The notes below the pieces were generated by a model. It was not told the DNA's origin. It saw only the letters and a list, made by a program, of their open reading frames with translations, and did not search any database. Below are positions 8,969-17,164 of a stretch of DNA of 41,440 nucleotides, piece by piece. Each line of letters starts with the position of its first letter. Within the stretch, counting starts at the first letter, position 1. The stretch lies in the IMG/VR virus record IMGVR_UViG_3300030397_000570, positions 1-41,440 of that record; one strand, written 5' to 3'. This DNA is from a virus. Lineage: Duplodnaviria > Caudoviricetes. Position numbers and translations under genes: made by a program.

Positions 8969-8987
8969 CAGCCGGGGGTGGTTGACT
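8969..8987. repeat. 19-nt direct repeat, copy 2 (hairpin truncated in its loop)
   Basis: Identical to 6742-6760; lies 15 nt beyond the tRNA CCA end. Confidence 0.95.
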
Positions 8988-9002
8988 GTGGGCAGGCAAT
9001 AT

Positions 9003-9077
9003 TGGAGCGACCAGTGGGACTCGAACCCACATCATCGGCTTGGAAGGCCGAGGTAATAGCCTTTATACGATGGTCGC
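9003..9077 (-). tRNA. tRNA-Gly(TCC)
   Basis: GCGACCA...TGGTCGC acceptor stem, CTTCCAA anticodon loop, GTTCGAGTC T-loop, encoded CCA; 75 nt. Confidence 0.95.
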
Positions 9078-9209
9078 AATGTAGGCTTTTATATTTATCA
9101 AGATGTCTTTTGTTTTGTCTTTAATCCAGTTAAAATAGAAACCGAAATTAAAAATGAGATCATATATTGATGCAAGTAAGACTAACTCTGCCGCGCAAAA
9201 ATGAATCAT
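9063..9209 (-). CDS. Small hydrophobic protein (48 aa)
   Basis: Below track cutoff; GGAGG RBS 5 nt before an ATG that directly follows the upstream TGA; MIHFCAAELVLLASIYDLIFNFGFYFNWIKDKTKDILINIKAYIATIV. Confidence 0.55.
   Translation of the reverse strand: MIHFCAAELVLLASIYDLIFNFGFYFNWIKDKTKDILINIKAYIATIV
9092..9098 (-). promoter_or_regulatory. Late-promoter-like ATAAATA upstream of tRNA-Gly
   Basis: TATTTAT 14 nt upstream of the tRNA 5' end. Confidence 0.55.
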
Positions 9210-10028
9210 TCAGACCTCCATATATTTTTTGAATTCATCTTTCAATATTCTATCAGCTTCAGGAATAATTTGCTCTACTCCGGCGGCATACCACCCAGAA
9301 CAACTAAAGCTATTTATCTCAAGAATTTTTATTTTTTTGTCCTCTGTCATTGCCATATCCAATGTCCATAACCTGTCCGGCGTCCACTTAACAGCTTCTA
9401 AAATGTTATTCACCTTTGTATGAACTTCTGAAGGAATGTTTCTGTCTTCAACGATCTCTTGACCGACCATGTATCTTGATGCGCCTATGATCTTTTTGTC
9501 CCCTATAACGAAGCGGTATTCTTCTAATATATTTTGAGCCTTAGATATTAACACCATTGTCGAAGGATCGATGTTTTTAAGCTGCTTAAGGCAATCTATT
9601 TCATATTCTACAGTGTCAATAGTCCAAACACTCCCGGTGAAAGGCTTAGCTCCGCTATCCGGTCTGAAAAATAAAGAATTTTCCCCCATAAGCCTAAAAT
9701 AGTATTCCGGGTTTCCTTCTATATCATCGATAGTTGAATAAACGTGAGTTCCATTTAAAAATTCATTTCGATCAAGGCCCATCAATGACATGTATACACT
9801 GCATTTAAATTTTAATTCGTCGTAAAAGCATCCCGTATAGTGTCTAAGACGTGGTATACAGTTTAATGGGACATAGACCATAACAGGGTCTTTGTTCTCC
9901 AATGGCAGATCAATTTTCCCCATCATCAGTCCGACATAATCGACAGTATCGTATTCTATACCATATTTTTCAAATACCTCTTTAGGTATTTTCGATTCCG
10001 GGAACATTACTTTATCTATTAGCCACAT
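9210..10028 (-). CDS. ATP-grasp domain protein (R2K clade / DUF4343-like)
   Basis: FFRPDSGAKPFTG, EYRFVI, TLDMA and ILEINSFSCSGWY motifs. Confidence 0.8.
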   Translation of the reverse strand: MWLIDKVMFPESKIPKEVFEKYGIEYDTVDYVGLMMGKIDLPLENKDPVMVYVPLNCIPRLRHYTGCFYDELKFKCSVYMSLMGLDRNEFLNGTHVYSTIDDIEGNPEYYFRLMGENSLFFRPDSGAKPFTGSVWTIDTVEYEIDCLKQLKNIDPSTMVLISKAQNILEEYRFVIGDKKIIGASRYMVGQEIVEDRNIPSEVHTKVNNILEAVKWTPDRLWTLDMAMTEDKKIKILEINSFSCSGWYAAGVEQIIPEADRILKDEFKKYMEV

Positions 10029-10561
10029 GCTTTTTTATTCTCCAGATATGATAACATTACTTCGGCCTTAGAATTTTTGATGGTATCTATGAATTCTACG
10101 TTGGTCCTAGTAGTTTTTATAGGTAACAGTAACTGTTCTTTGAACATGGCCTCTACATAGCCGTTATCTATAATCGCGCTATACCTCCAAGACCTCATTC
10201 CCATTCCACAGAACCTGTTATCAAACATCATTCCCATACCAGAAGTAAAGTCGCCATTCCCGTCACAAATCATCTCCAAGTTGTCGATCTCCAAATGATC
10301 AAACCATGCTGACATCACGTTGGGATCGTTTACGGAAACACAGTAAACTTCATCTACGTCGTTGAAACAGATATCATAATATGATTCATCATACTCGACG
10401 ACTTGGGCGTCGGTCTCCTTCGACGCAAAGGCTCCCGGAACAGCGATTATTGCTACTCTTTTCGATTCAAATAAGTCCAGAACCGAGGTCAAAATGAAAT
10501 CACCCTCGTCGTTTCTGGTGAACACTGTCGCCCAAAAGGGGACAGAAATTATGTTGTTCAT
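10019..10561 (-). CDS. Peroxiredoxin (Prx5/redoxin)-like protein lacking the peroxidatic Cys
   Basis: PGAF, YCVSVND..VM.AW, DGNGDFT and GMRSWRYS motifs; PGAFASKE replaces PGAFTPTC. Confidence 0.8.
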   Translation of the reverse strand: MNNIISVPFWATVFTRNDEGDFILTSVLDLFESKRVAIIAVPGAFASKETDAQVVEYDESYYDICFNDVDEVYCVSVNDPNVMSAWFDHLEIDNLEMICDGNGDFTSGMGMMFDNRFCGMGMRSWRYSAIIDNGYVEAMFKEQLLLPIKTTRTNVEFIDTIKNSKAEVMLSYLENKKACG

Positions 10562-10842
10562 GAAACCTCCTTTCTTGTTAAAAAGTCATACACAGTGCAG
10601 ACTCGCAATTCTTCATTAGGGTCTTGTGTCTCACAACTATTAGAATTTTCTTGAGAGTCTGAACCCACTGCATCTAAAACATTTAAAAACGATCTATATT
10701 CACTGACAAACGCTTCCGTTTCCTGATCATTTAGACCTTCTTGTATTGCTACAAAGTACGGTTCAAGATCAATATAAATCTTAGTAACTTGATCTTTTGT
10801 GAGTTCTACGGTTTCTCCGTTAATGTCAATAATGTATTTCAT
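10558..10842 (-). CDS. Hypothetical protein
   Basis: 94 aa; AGGA RBS; ATGA overlap with the next gene. Confidence 0.7.
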   Translation of the reverse strand: MKYIIDINGETVELTKDQVTKIYIDLEPYFVAIQEGLNDQETEAFVSEYRSFLNVLDAVGSDSQENSNSCETQDPNEELRVCTVYDFLTRKEVS

Positions 10843-10902
10843 GTGTATTTTCCTTTTTTAAGATTTAATGAAGGTTGTTGTAAAATAGTATAGGATATTG
10901 TA

Positions 10903-11403
10903 TCAAATTTTGTCAACAGCTTCTGATAGATTTTTCCAAAAGTCTTTACTAGACTGGCTTTTGTATATGTATTTTCCATTGCGGTCTCTTACCCAAAAAG
11001 CTCTAGCTGGTCTGGCCCCTATATCTAGATGGATCATTGGTTGGGGTTGAATTCTGTTGATGTTTGTATCTAAATACAACCCTATTCCTGTCCATGAAGG
11101 TATTTCTACCGCGCAAAGCCAAAAGTCTAATACGTTTTTAGAAGGGAATACATCTACGGCTTGTCCCATACTTCCGTCACCTATGTAATGTCTACTAGTT
11201 TTCGATCCACTTCTTCGTACTAGGCCATCTGGATTTTGGCTAGGGTAGACTGGATGCCCGAACCGTTTTCTAGTAATATCCAGTAATTGAATTACTTCGC
11301 TCTTGACGAATTTAAGATCTTCCGGACGGGGCCATTCATCAACCGAAAACGAAGATGTCTCGGCATTTTGAATAAGATACTCGTATGCGTTACTATATTT
11401 CAT
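10903..11403 (-). CDS. Peptidase M15 family protein (possible endolysin)
   Basis: R....S.H......AVD, GIGLY and IHLD zinc-peptidase motifs. Confidence 0.75.
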   Translation of the reverse strand: MKYSNAYEYLIQNAETSSFSVDEWPRPEDLKFVKSEVIQLLDITRKRFGHPVYPSQNPDGLVRRSGSKTSRHYIGDGSMGQAVDVFPSKNVLDFWLCAVEIPSWTGIGLYLDTNINRIQPQPMIHLDIGARPARAFWVRDRNGKYIYKSQSSKDFWKNLSEAVDKI

Positions 11404-11415
11404 TTTATCCTAACC

Positions 11416-12534
11416 TCATAGCTTAAAAGAAGAAAGGTCGTAAGACTCTACAGTTTTGTCAATCTCTCCCACCAAGTATTTGGTGTTTTCTGTTTCTTGC
11501 GGGGCGGCCTGCCTCCCTTTCCCTTTGATCCATTCTTCGGTCCAAGGCAGTGGGTTCCCTCTAGGGACACTGTAAGGGCTCGGCAGGCCCAATTTAAGAA
11601 TGCGCTTATTAGCTATCCATTCGACATACTGTTTTAATAAGTCTGCTGTTAATCCTAACATTGACCCACTTTTAAACAGATATTCCGCCCATTCTTTTTC
11701 TTGATCTACACAATCGATAAGCATTTGTACACACTCATCTGAAGTTTCTTCTTTTATTTTAACGTAGTCTGGGTCTTCTTTTGGTAACATGTTCAAAACA
11801 TACTGTGTGAATCCCTGATGCAGGTTTTCATCCCGACAGATGAATTGTATAACTTTGGCGTTCCCTTCCATTTTGCCTTGCCCGGTAGCGAACGCCCATG
11901 AACAGGCAAAACTCACGTAAAAGCGTATTCCTTCAAGCATGTTAACAGCCATCAGCGCCAACCACAGAGCTTTTTTATGTCCGTACTTTGTGTATTTCTC
12001 GTCATATCCGTGTAGGTTGACGTAATTATTGTAATGTATCAAACTGTCGTAATATTTGCTGATATCTTTGGCACATTCCAATATTTCATCTATCTCGTTT
12101 ATCTCGTCAAAAACGGTTGAAGGGTTTGGAATACTGTTTTGAATTATGTAGGTATACGAGTGATTGTGTATGGTTTCAAAAAAAGACCATGCCTCAATAA
12201 ACGTTTCAACCTCTGGCAGCGTTGCTATCGGAAGAAATGCTAAATTGGGTGAGCGGCCCTGAACGGAATCCAACAATATTTGGCGTTTCAAGTTGGACAG
12301 AAATATATGCTTTTCCGGTTCTGACAAAGCTCTAAATTCAGCAGGGTCTCTCATAAGATCCACTTCTTCTGGCCTCCAGAAAAAGCTCATTTGTTTTTCT
12401 TGCATCTTCAATATGACAGGATATTTTACGTCATCATATCTGGCAATAGATACAGATTCATTATCATCGTCCAAAAACATTCTACATTTTTTATGTGATT
12501 TTTTGGTATTATTTGGGTCATACACGCTTTTCAT
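11416..12534 (-). CDS. nrdB: Ribonucleotide reductase class Ia beta subunit
   Basis: FFWRPEEVD, QILLDSVQGRSP, ETIH..SY, LEGIRFYVSFACS, RDENLH and APQETE. Confidence 0.97.
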   Translation of the reverse strand: MKSVYDPNNTKKSHKKCRMFLDDDNESVSIARYDDVKYPVILKMQEKQMSFFWRPEEVDLMRDPAEFRALSEPEKHIFLSNLKRQILLDSVQGRSPNLAFLPIATLPEVETFIEAWSFFETIHNHSYTYIIQNSIPNPSTVFDEINEIDEILECAKDISKYYDSLIHYNNYVNLHGYDEKYTKYGHKKALWLALMAVNMLEGIRFYVSFACSWAFATGQGKMEGNAKVIQFICRDENLHQGFTQYVLNMLPKEDPDYVKIKEETSDECVQMLIDCVDQEKEWAEYLFKSGSMLGLTADLLKQYVEWIANKRILKLGLPSPYSVPRGNPLPWTEEWIKGKGRQAAPQETENTKYLVGEIDKTVESYDLSSFKL

Positions 12535-12554
12535 TTTCTCTCCTTATTGTCTGA

Positions 12555-14858
12555 TTATAGAACGCATGAATCACATTCTTCCTGACCATTTGATGCATCT
12601 GACTCGTGGATGCTCGTCGAGCCAACTATTTCGTCGTCGTTCGCATCGTCATTTGTGTTGTGATAGTACAGCAATTTTCCACCGTATTTGTAGTATTCCA
12701 ACAACTGCTTAAGCAAGGTTGTCAAAGGTATTTTCCCATTCGGATAATGTTGCGGATTGATCGAAACGTTAGTAGATATGGCTTGATCAATGTACTTTTG
12801 CAGTACGTTGGTTATCCTTAAATATCCATCAGGTGGGTGGTCCCACACCAACTGATATTTGTTTTTAAGTCGATATATTTCCGGGACAACCTGCTTGAAT
12901 ACTCCACTTTTTGAAACTTTTTCACTAACCAGCGCCCTAGGAGGTTCTATCCCGTTAGTCGCGCTAATTACTTGTGATGAGGTTTCACTTGGCATTAACG
13001 CCATTAGAGTAGAGTTCCTGATGCCGTGCGTTAGCATTTCTTCTCTAAGCTCGTCCCATTGCAACCGAGGCCGGTGTTTCACTAATTCATCTATATCCTT
13101 TTTACGGTTCTCCCAAGGGAAAGTGCCTTGTCCGTATTTTGTCTCTTTCCAAAGCTTACAAGGGCCTTTTTCTTTTGCTAACAAAACAGAAGCTTTTATG
13201 AGATAAAAAGACATTGCCTCCATATATTCGTCAACCCGCTCAAACGCAGATTCGTCATACCCTAATCCATTTTTGGCAAGCCAATAAGCAAAATTAACTA
13301 TACCGATGCCTAGTGGCCGGAATTCTTCGGTAGAAAGTTTCGCCTGAATCATTGGATAATCCTGATAATCGAGTAAAGCGTCTAACGCTCTTACTGCCAA
13401 CTCGCAAGGCTTTTCAAAATCTTCTGGCTTTTTTATGTCCCCCCAATTTATTGCAGATAGAGTACAAAGAGCGATACGCCCATTTTCGTCACCCATCGAA
13501 TTAAACGGTCGAGTTGGTAGTGTTATTTCACAGCACAGATTAGACTGTTCGATAGGATGTTTTTCTTCAACAAAAGAGCTTTGTTTGTTGCAATTGTCTA
13601 TGTTTTGGATGTATATTCTTCCAGTTGAAACCCTCTCGTCCATGATAATGGAAAACATCTCTTTGGCTGGCATAGTGTACTTCATTTTTATCTTTTTGCT
13701 TTTTTCATATTTTTTATACAGCGCTTCAAACTCTTCACTGTTTTTATAAAAAGCCTCAACGAGGTCAGGGACTTCATGTGGGGAGAAGAAGGTGATATCT
13801 TCACCGTTGATAAGTCGTTCATACGCCAGCCGGTTTAGCTGAACACCGTAGTCCATGTGTCTAACCCTGTTTTCCTCCACTCCCTTATTGTTTTTTAACA
13901 CAATTAAGTTTTCAAACTCATGATGCCAGAAGGGATAGTAGGCTGTAGCTGCGCCGCCCCGCACACCTCCCTGACTACATGATTTTAATGCGGCTTGGAA
14001 ATACTTCAAAAATGGGACCATTCCGGTATGGTAGATTTCCCCACCTCTAACTTCAGACCCGAGAGCCCTGATACGGCCAACGTTTATTCCGATCCCAGCC
14101 TTTCTGGATACATAATTGACTATGGCCGAAGCTGTCGCGTTAATAGAATCTAGAGAATCGTCGCAGTTGATCAATACGCAAGACGAAAACTGTTTGGTTG
14201 GCGTTCTAACACCGGCAAAAACGGGGGTTGGTATAGTAACCGTTCCAGTGCTTAGCAGATCATAGTACTCTTTTATATACTTCATTCTGACATCTTTATC
14301 GTAAGAATGAAATAAAGTCGCAGCGATTAGCAGATAAGCTACCTGTGGCGTTTCATAGTATTCATTGGTCACCCTATTTTGAACCAAATATTTTGACAGG
14401 ATTTGCTTCATCCCTACATATGCTATGTTAAAGTCCCTATCATGTTTTATGATTTTCTCCATTTTTCGCCATTCTTTATCATCGTACCATTCTAACAACT
14501 CTTTAGTGTAATGACCGGTCGCCACATTTTTTTCTACTAGTTTTTTTACAGGCCACGGGGTGATTGACCCATATACCTCCTTTCGCAAGTTGAAGTTCAG
14601 TAGCTTGCCAGCGACATGTTGGTAGTTCGGAGTTTCTTCAGAAATCAGATCGGCTGCGGTCTTTGTCAAGGTTGCGTGAATTTCCGTCGTTTTTATACCG
14701 TCAAAAAGCTGTAATTGGCTCTTCACCTCGATGTCAGATACAGACACTCCGGTAACCCCTTCGCAGGCCCATGTCAATATTTTATGAATTTTTTCTAAAT
14801 CCAAAGGTTCTGTCGAGCCATCTCTTTTTTCTACCATAATTTCCTTGTCTGACACCAT
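12555..14858 (-). CDS. nrdA: Ribonucleotide reductase class Ia alpha subunit
   Basis: ATP cone (VEKRDG), QFSSCVL, SQGGVRGG, QSNLCCE, MPSETSS and C-terminal CDSC. Confidence 0.97.
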   Translation of the reverse strand: MVSDKEIMVEKRDGSTEPLDLEKIHKILTWACEGVTGVSVSDIEVKSQLQLFDGIKTTEIHATLTKTAADLISEETPNYQHVAGKLLNFNLRKEVYGSITPWPVKKLVEKNVATGHYTKELLEWYDDKEWRKMEKIIKHDRDFNIAYVGMKQILSKYLVQNRVTNEYYETPQVAYLLIAATLFHSYDKDVRMKYIKEYYDLLSTGTVTIPTPVFAGVRTPTKQFSSCVLINCDDSLDSINATASAIVNYVSRKAGIGINVGRIRALGSEVRGGEIYHTGMVPFLKYFQAALKSCSQGGVRGGAATAYYPFWHHEFENLIVLKNNKGVEENRVRHMDYGVQLNRLAYERLINGEDITFFSPHEVPDLVEAFYKNSEEFEALYKKYEKSKKIKMKYTMPAKEMFSIIMDERVSTGRIYIQNIDNCNKQSSFVEEKHPIEQSNLCCEITLPTRPFNSMGDENGRIALCTLSAINWGDIKKPEDFEKPCELAVRALDALLDYQDYPMIQAKLSTEEFRPLGIGIVNFAYWLAKNGLGYDESAFERVDEYMEAMSFYLIKASVLLAKEKGPCKLWKETKYGQGTFPWENRKKDIDELVKHRPRLQWDELREEMLTHGIRNSTLMALMPSETSSQVISATNGIEPPRALVSEKVSKSGVFKQVVPEIYRLKNKYQLVWDHPPDGYLRITNVLQKYIDQAISTNVSINPQHYPNGKIPLTTLLKQLLEYYKYGGKLLYYHNTNDDANDDEIVGSTSIHESDASNGQEECDSCVL

Positions 14859-14886
14859 GTAATTCTTCTCCTTATAATCTCTTTAG

Positions 14887-14903
14887 GGTAAATATTATTT
14901 ACC
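14887..14903. promoter_or_regulatory. Palindromic TAAATA pair upstream of nrdA
   Basis: GGTAAATA-T-TATTTACC. Confidence 0.55.
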
Positions 14904-14953
14904 AGACGGAACGCCTGTCGAATTTAATGTTTTCATATCATACTGTTATGTGT

Positions 14954-15517
14954 TCAGTTTTGCAACAATCTGGTTAAGGTATAGTATGATGGATATTTTT
15001 TAACCGAAACAGCGTAATAGTAAGGCATGTTGTAAAAGATGACCTCTTTACTTGTTTTTAGGGCTTCTTTCAATTTTATATCAAATTTGGAATAGGTATA
15101 ACTCATTGAATCTATCACAAGTTGTACCGCACTCTCACGAGTTATGGTTTTTGATTCTAACAAAGCCTTAAGAGTTTTTTGATATTGTTCAAACGTGTCA
15201 ACCCTATTGTTATATAGATATCTAAAACCGTTTATTGGAAAGATATAGTAAAGTTCACTTGCGTCATTCTTCGACAGTGCTTCCTTTATATCTGGTCCGT
15301 TAACGGACACACACCTCATGTGTATGTTGCGAGCCTCGTGCTCCATAGCTTTACCTAACAGTCTAATAACGCCAGTCGGATTCTTTTTATGGCGGACTTT
15401 TACTTTCCGGTGATAACTTGCTTCATCTCCAGATAGTCTTTTTATAGAAGGATATGGTCCAGCCATCGAAAGATACTCACCACACTCATCTCGTATTCTT
15501 TGTATGATTCTATTCAT
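14954..15517 (-). CDS. Hypothetical phage protein
   Basis: 187 aa ORF filling the gap; ATAAATA at 15550-15556 upstream. Confidence 0.7.
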   Translation of the reverse strand: MNRIIQRIRDECGEYLSMAGPYPSIKRLSGDEASYHRKVKVRHKKNPTGVIRLLGKAMEHEARNIHMRCVSVNGPDIKEALSKNDASELYYIFPINGFRYLYNNRVDTFEQYQKTLKALLESKTITRESAVQLVIDSMSYTYSKFDIKLKEALKTSKEVIFYNMPYYYAVSVKKYPSYYTLTRLLQN

Positions 15518-15524
15518 TTGGTCT

Positions 15525-15556
15525 TATAAATAATAGTTAACAATATTGTTATTTAT
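15525..15556. promoter_or_regulatory. Face-to-face late promoters
   Basis: TATAAATA (+) at 15525-15532 and TATTTAT at 15550-15556, between divergent genes. Confidence 0.7.
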
Positions 15557-15591
15557 TGCCACATTTTAAGGCTTAAGAGTATTCTACCATC

Positions 15592-16776
15592 ATGAATAAA
15601 ACATTTAAGTGTGATACCTGTAATCTCACCACGGCAGACCCGCCATCTATAGGCGGCCTGAACATAAACTTTTGTAATATAACGCAAGGATGTACGGGCA
15701 AGCTTTATTTAATATCGGATCGAGGCGACTCTGACGAAGACAATGATCTGACACAATATAGAAAATTACTATACGTACATAAACAGCAGATAAAATCTGA
15801 CAAATGGATTGTTGACCATAATTTGAATGCTCATCCAGTTGTTGACGTTTTTATTGAAACTGACGATGGTGGAATTACTAGACTGACAAAAGAAAACTTT
15901 TCAGTTTTTTACAATTCAAATAATAGGATAGAAATTTCATTTTCGTCTCCATATTCCGGGAGGGCCGACTTAATATCTAGAAACGTAACTACGGGCTCTA
16001 TCGATACCTTAAAACCTACAGACAGTCTAATACCTGTGTCCTACAACGGGACTCTTGCGTTCGCTGTTCCATCTATATATTTCGACACGTCCACGAATCC
16101 GGAAACAGTGATATACACTAATGGGACCATACAAATAGATATTGTGATAGAAGAGCCAACAGAAGAGCCGATTTTTTGCACTGAGATATTAGAAAATACC
16201 GACGCTGGACAATCGCCGTGGAACGACTATCAGGCTATACTTTTCCGGAAAAGAAGAAACTTTAACATCAAAACAAAAAAATTGCTTGATTTTAAGGTTA
16301 TAAAAGATAGATATTCTTCACTAAGAGACATACCTGAACTTACAAAGTTCAAAATACAGAAAATAAATTTCTATTCTCCGGACTCTGAAGGAGTTTTTGT
16401 CGATATCAAATCTAAACAACTGCTGCTATTATTAGCAAGAAGTCCATTCGATAAGGTAGACAAAGATTTAAACAATGTAATTGATATCGGGGAAGTCAAT
16501 GATGGTGAAATACCATATTTCGTGTTTGTTAATGGGGTCTTACACTCAGACAAATCTAACATTGAAAGGGTTTACCCGAAAATAGAAAAGGCGTTAAGAG
16601 TGGTAGAAGAGCCGATTCCTGTCACCCCGCCGGACCCCACTCCGACACCTACGCCGGACCCCACTCCGACGCCGACACCCACGCCGACACCTACGCCTAG
16701 CCCAAGTCCTAACCCACAGCCATCTCTAATATGGGTCGATACAACGTTCGATTGGAATGCTGGACCTATTGGATAA
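15592..16776 (+). CDS. Putative virion structural protein with N-terminal Cys motif and C-terminal Pro/Thr repeat
   Basis: CDTC...C....C; H.Q...S.KW.V.HNL..HP.V.V module common in phage structural proteins; PT repeat; late promoter. Confidence 0.65.
   Translation: MNKTFKCDTCNLTTADPPSIGGLNINFCNITQGCTGKLYLISDRGDSDEDNDLTQYRKLLYVHKQQIKSDKWIVDHNLNAHPVVDVFIETDDGGITRLTKENFSVFYNSNNRIEISFSSPYSGRADLISRNVTTGSIDTLKPTDSLIPVSYNGTLAFAVPSIYFDTSTNPETVIYTNGTIQIDIVIEEPTEEPIFCTEILENTDAGQSPWNDYQAILFRKRRNFNIKTKKLLDFKVIKDRYSSLRDIPELTKFKIQKINFYSPDSEGVFVDIKSKQLLLLLARSPFDKVDKDLNNVIDIGEVNDGEIPYFVFVNGVLHSDKSNIERVYPKIEKALRVVEEPIPVTPPDPTPTPTPDPTPTPTPTPTPTPSPSPNPQPSLIWVDTTFDWNAGPIG
16624..16722 (+). repeat. Low-complexity (PT)n/(PS)n coding repeat
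   Basis: TPPDPTPTPTPDPTPTPTPTPTPTPSPSPNPQP; GCCGGACCCCACTCCGAC occurs twice with 24-nt period. Confidence 0.9.
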
Positions 16777-16804
16777 ATAAAATCAACTGGTAGAGGTTAT
16801 TGGA

Positions 16805-17164
16805 GTGATATTTTTTAATGGCTATTGCTTTGAAATAAGCGGAGATACGTTTCTATCGGAGGGAATCCAGTATCAAGGCCCGGATATTGGGCCTGTTCAT
16901 GGTATCCGAATGAATTTTACATTAACCGGTGGCGCGCCATCAGTTTCGGCAGATTTAAGTATCTCAATTGCTGGACAATTCATTACTGACACATTGAACT
17001 TGACTAATGGAACAACCTTCTTCTATGAATTGGATGAAAACAGCGGATTCTTCGATGGAACTCAAAACCTAACATTCTCTGATTATATAACACTAATACC
17101 TTACGGTGATGGATATGATACTGTCATATTGTGCCAGATTGAAGTTCTTGTTCCTCAAACATGA
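16805..17164 (+). CDS. Hypothetical beta-rich protein
   Basis: 119 aa, GTG start; ATGA overlap with the next gene. Confidence 0.6.
   Translation: MIFFNGYCFEISGDTFLSEGIQYQGPDIGPVHGIRMNFTLTGGAPSVSADLSISIAGQFITDTLNLTNGTTFFYELDENSGFFDGTQNLTFSDYITLIPYGDGYDTVILCQIEVLVPQT

Larger units (their letters stand above)
6742..8987. mobile_element. Repeat-bounded foreign ~2.25-kb segment
   Basis: Exact 19-nt direct repeats at both ends; spot-counted lines are about 50% GC inside versus about 30-35% just outside; no CTAG seen inside; ORFs at both ends run into the repeat. Confidence 0.8.

Noticed and set aside
6742-8987. Integrase-type island using tRNA-Gly as att site
   Set aside because: The direct repeat is not part of the tRNA (it starts 15 nt past CCA), and no integrase is present
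6742-8987. CRISPR-like repeat-spacer-repeat unit
   Set aside because: Only two 19-nt copies 2.2 kb apart, and no cas genes
8969-9035. Track start of ORF 8592..9035
   Set aside because: It lies inside the tRNA and the repeat
16624-16722. Non-coding tandem repeat array
   Set aside because: Explained by Pro/Thr codons with synonymous variation
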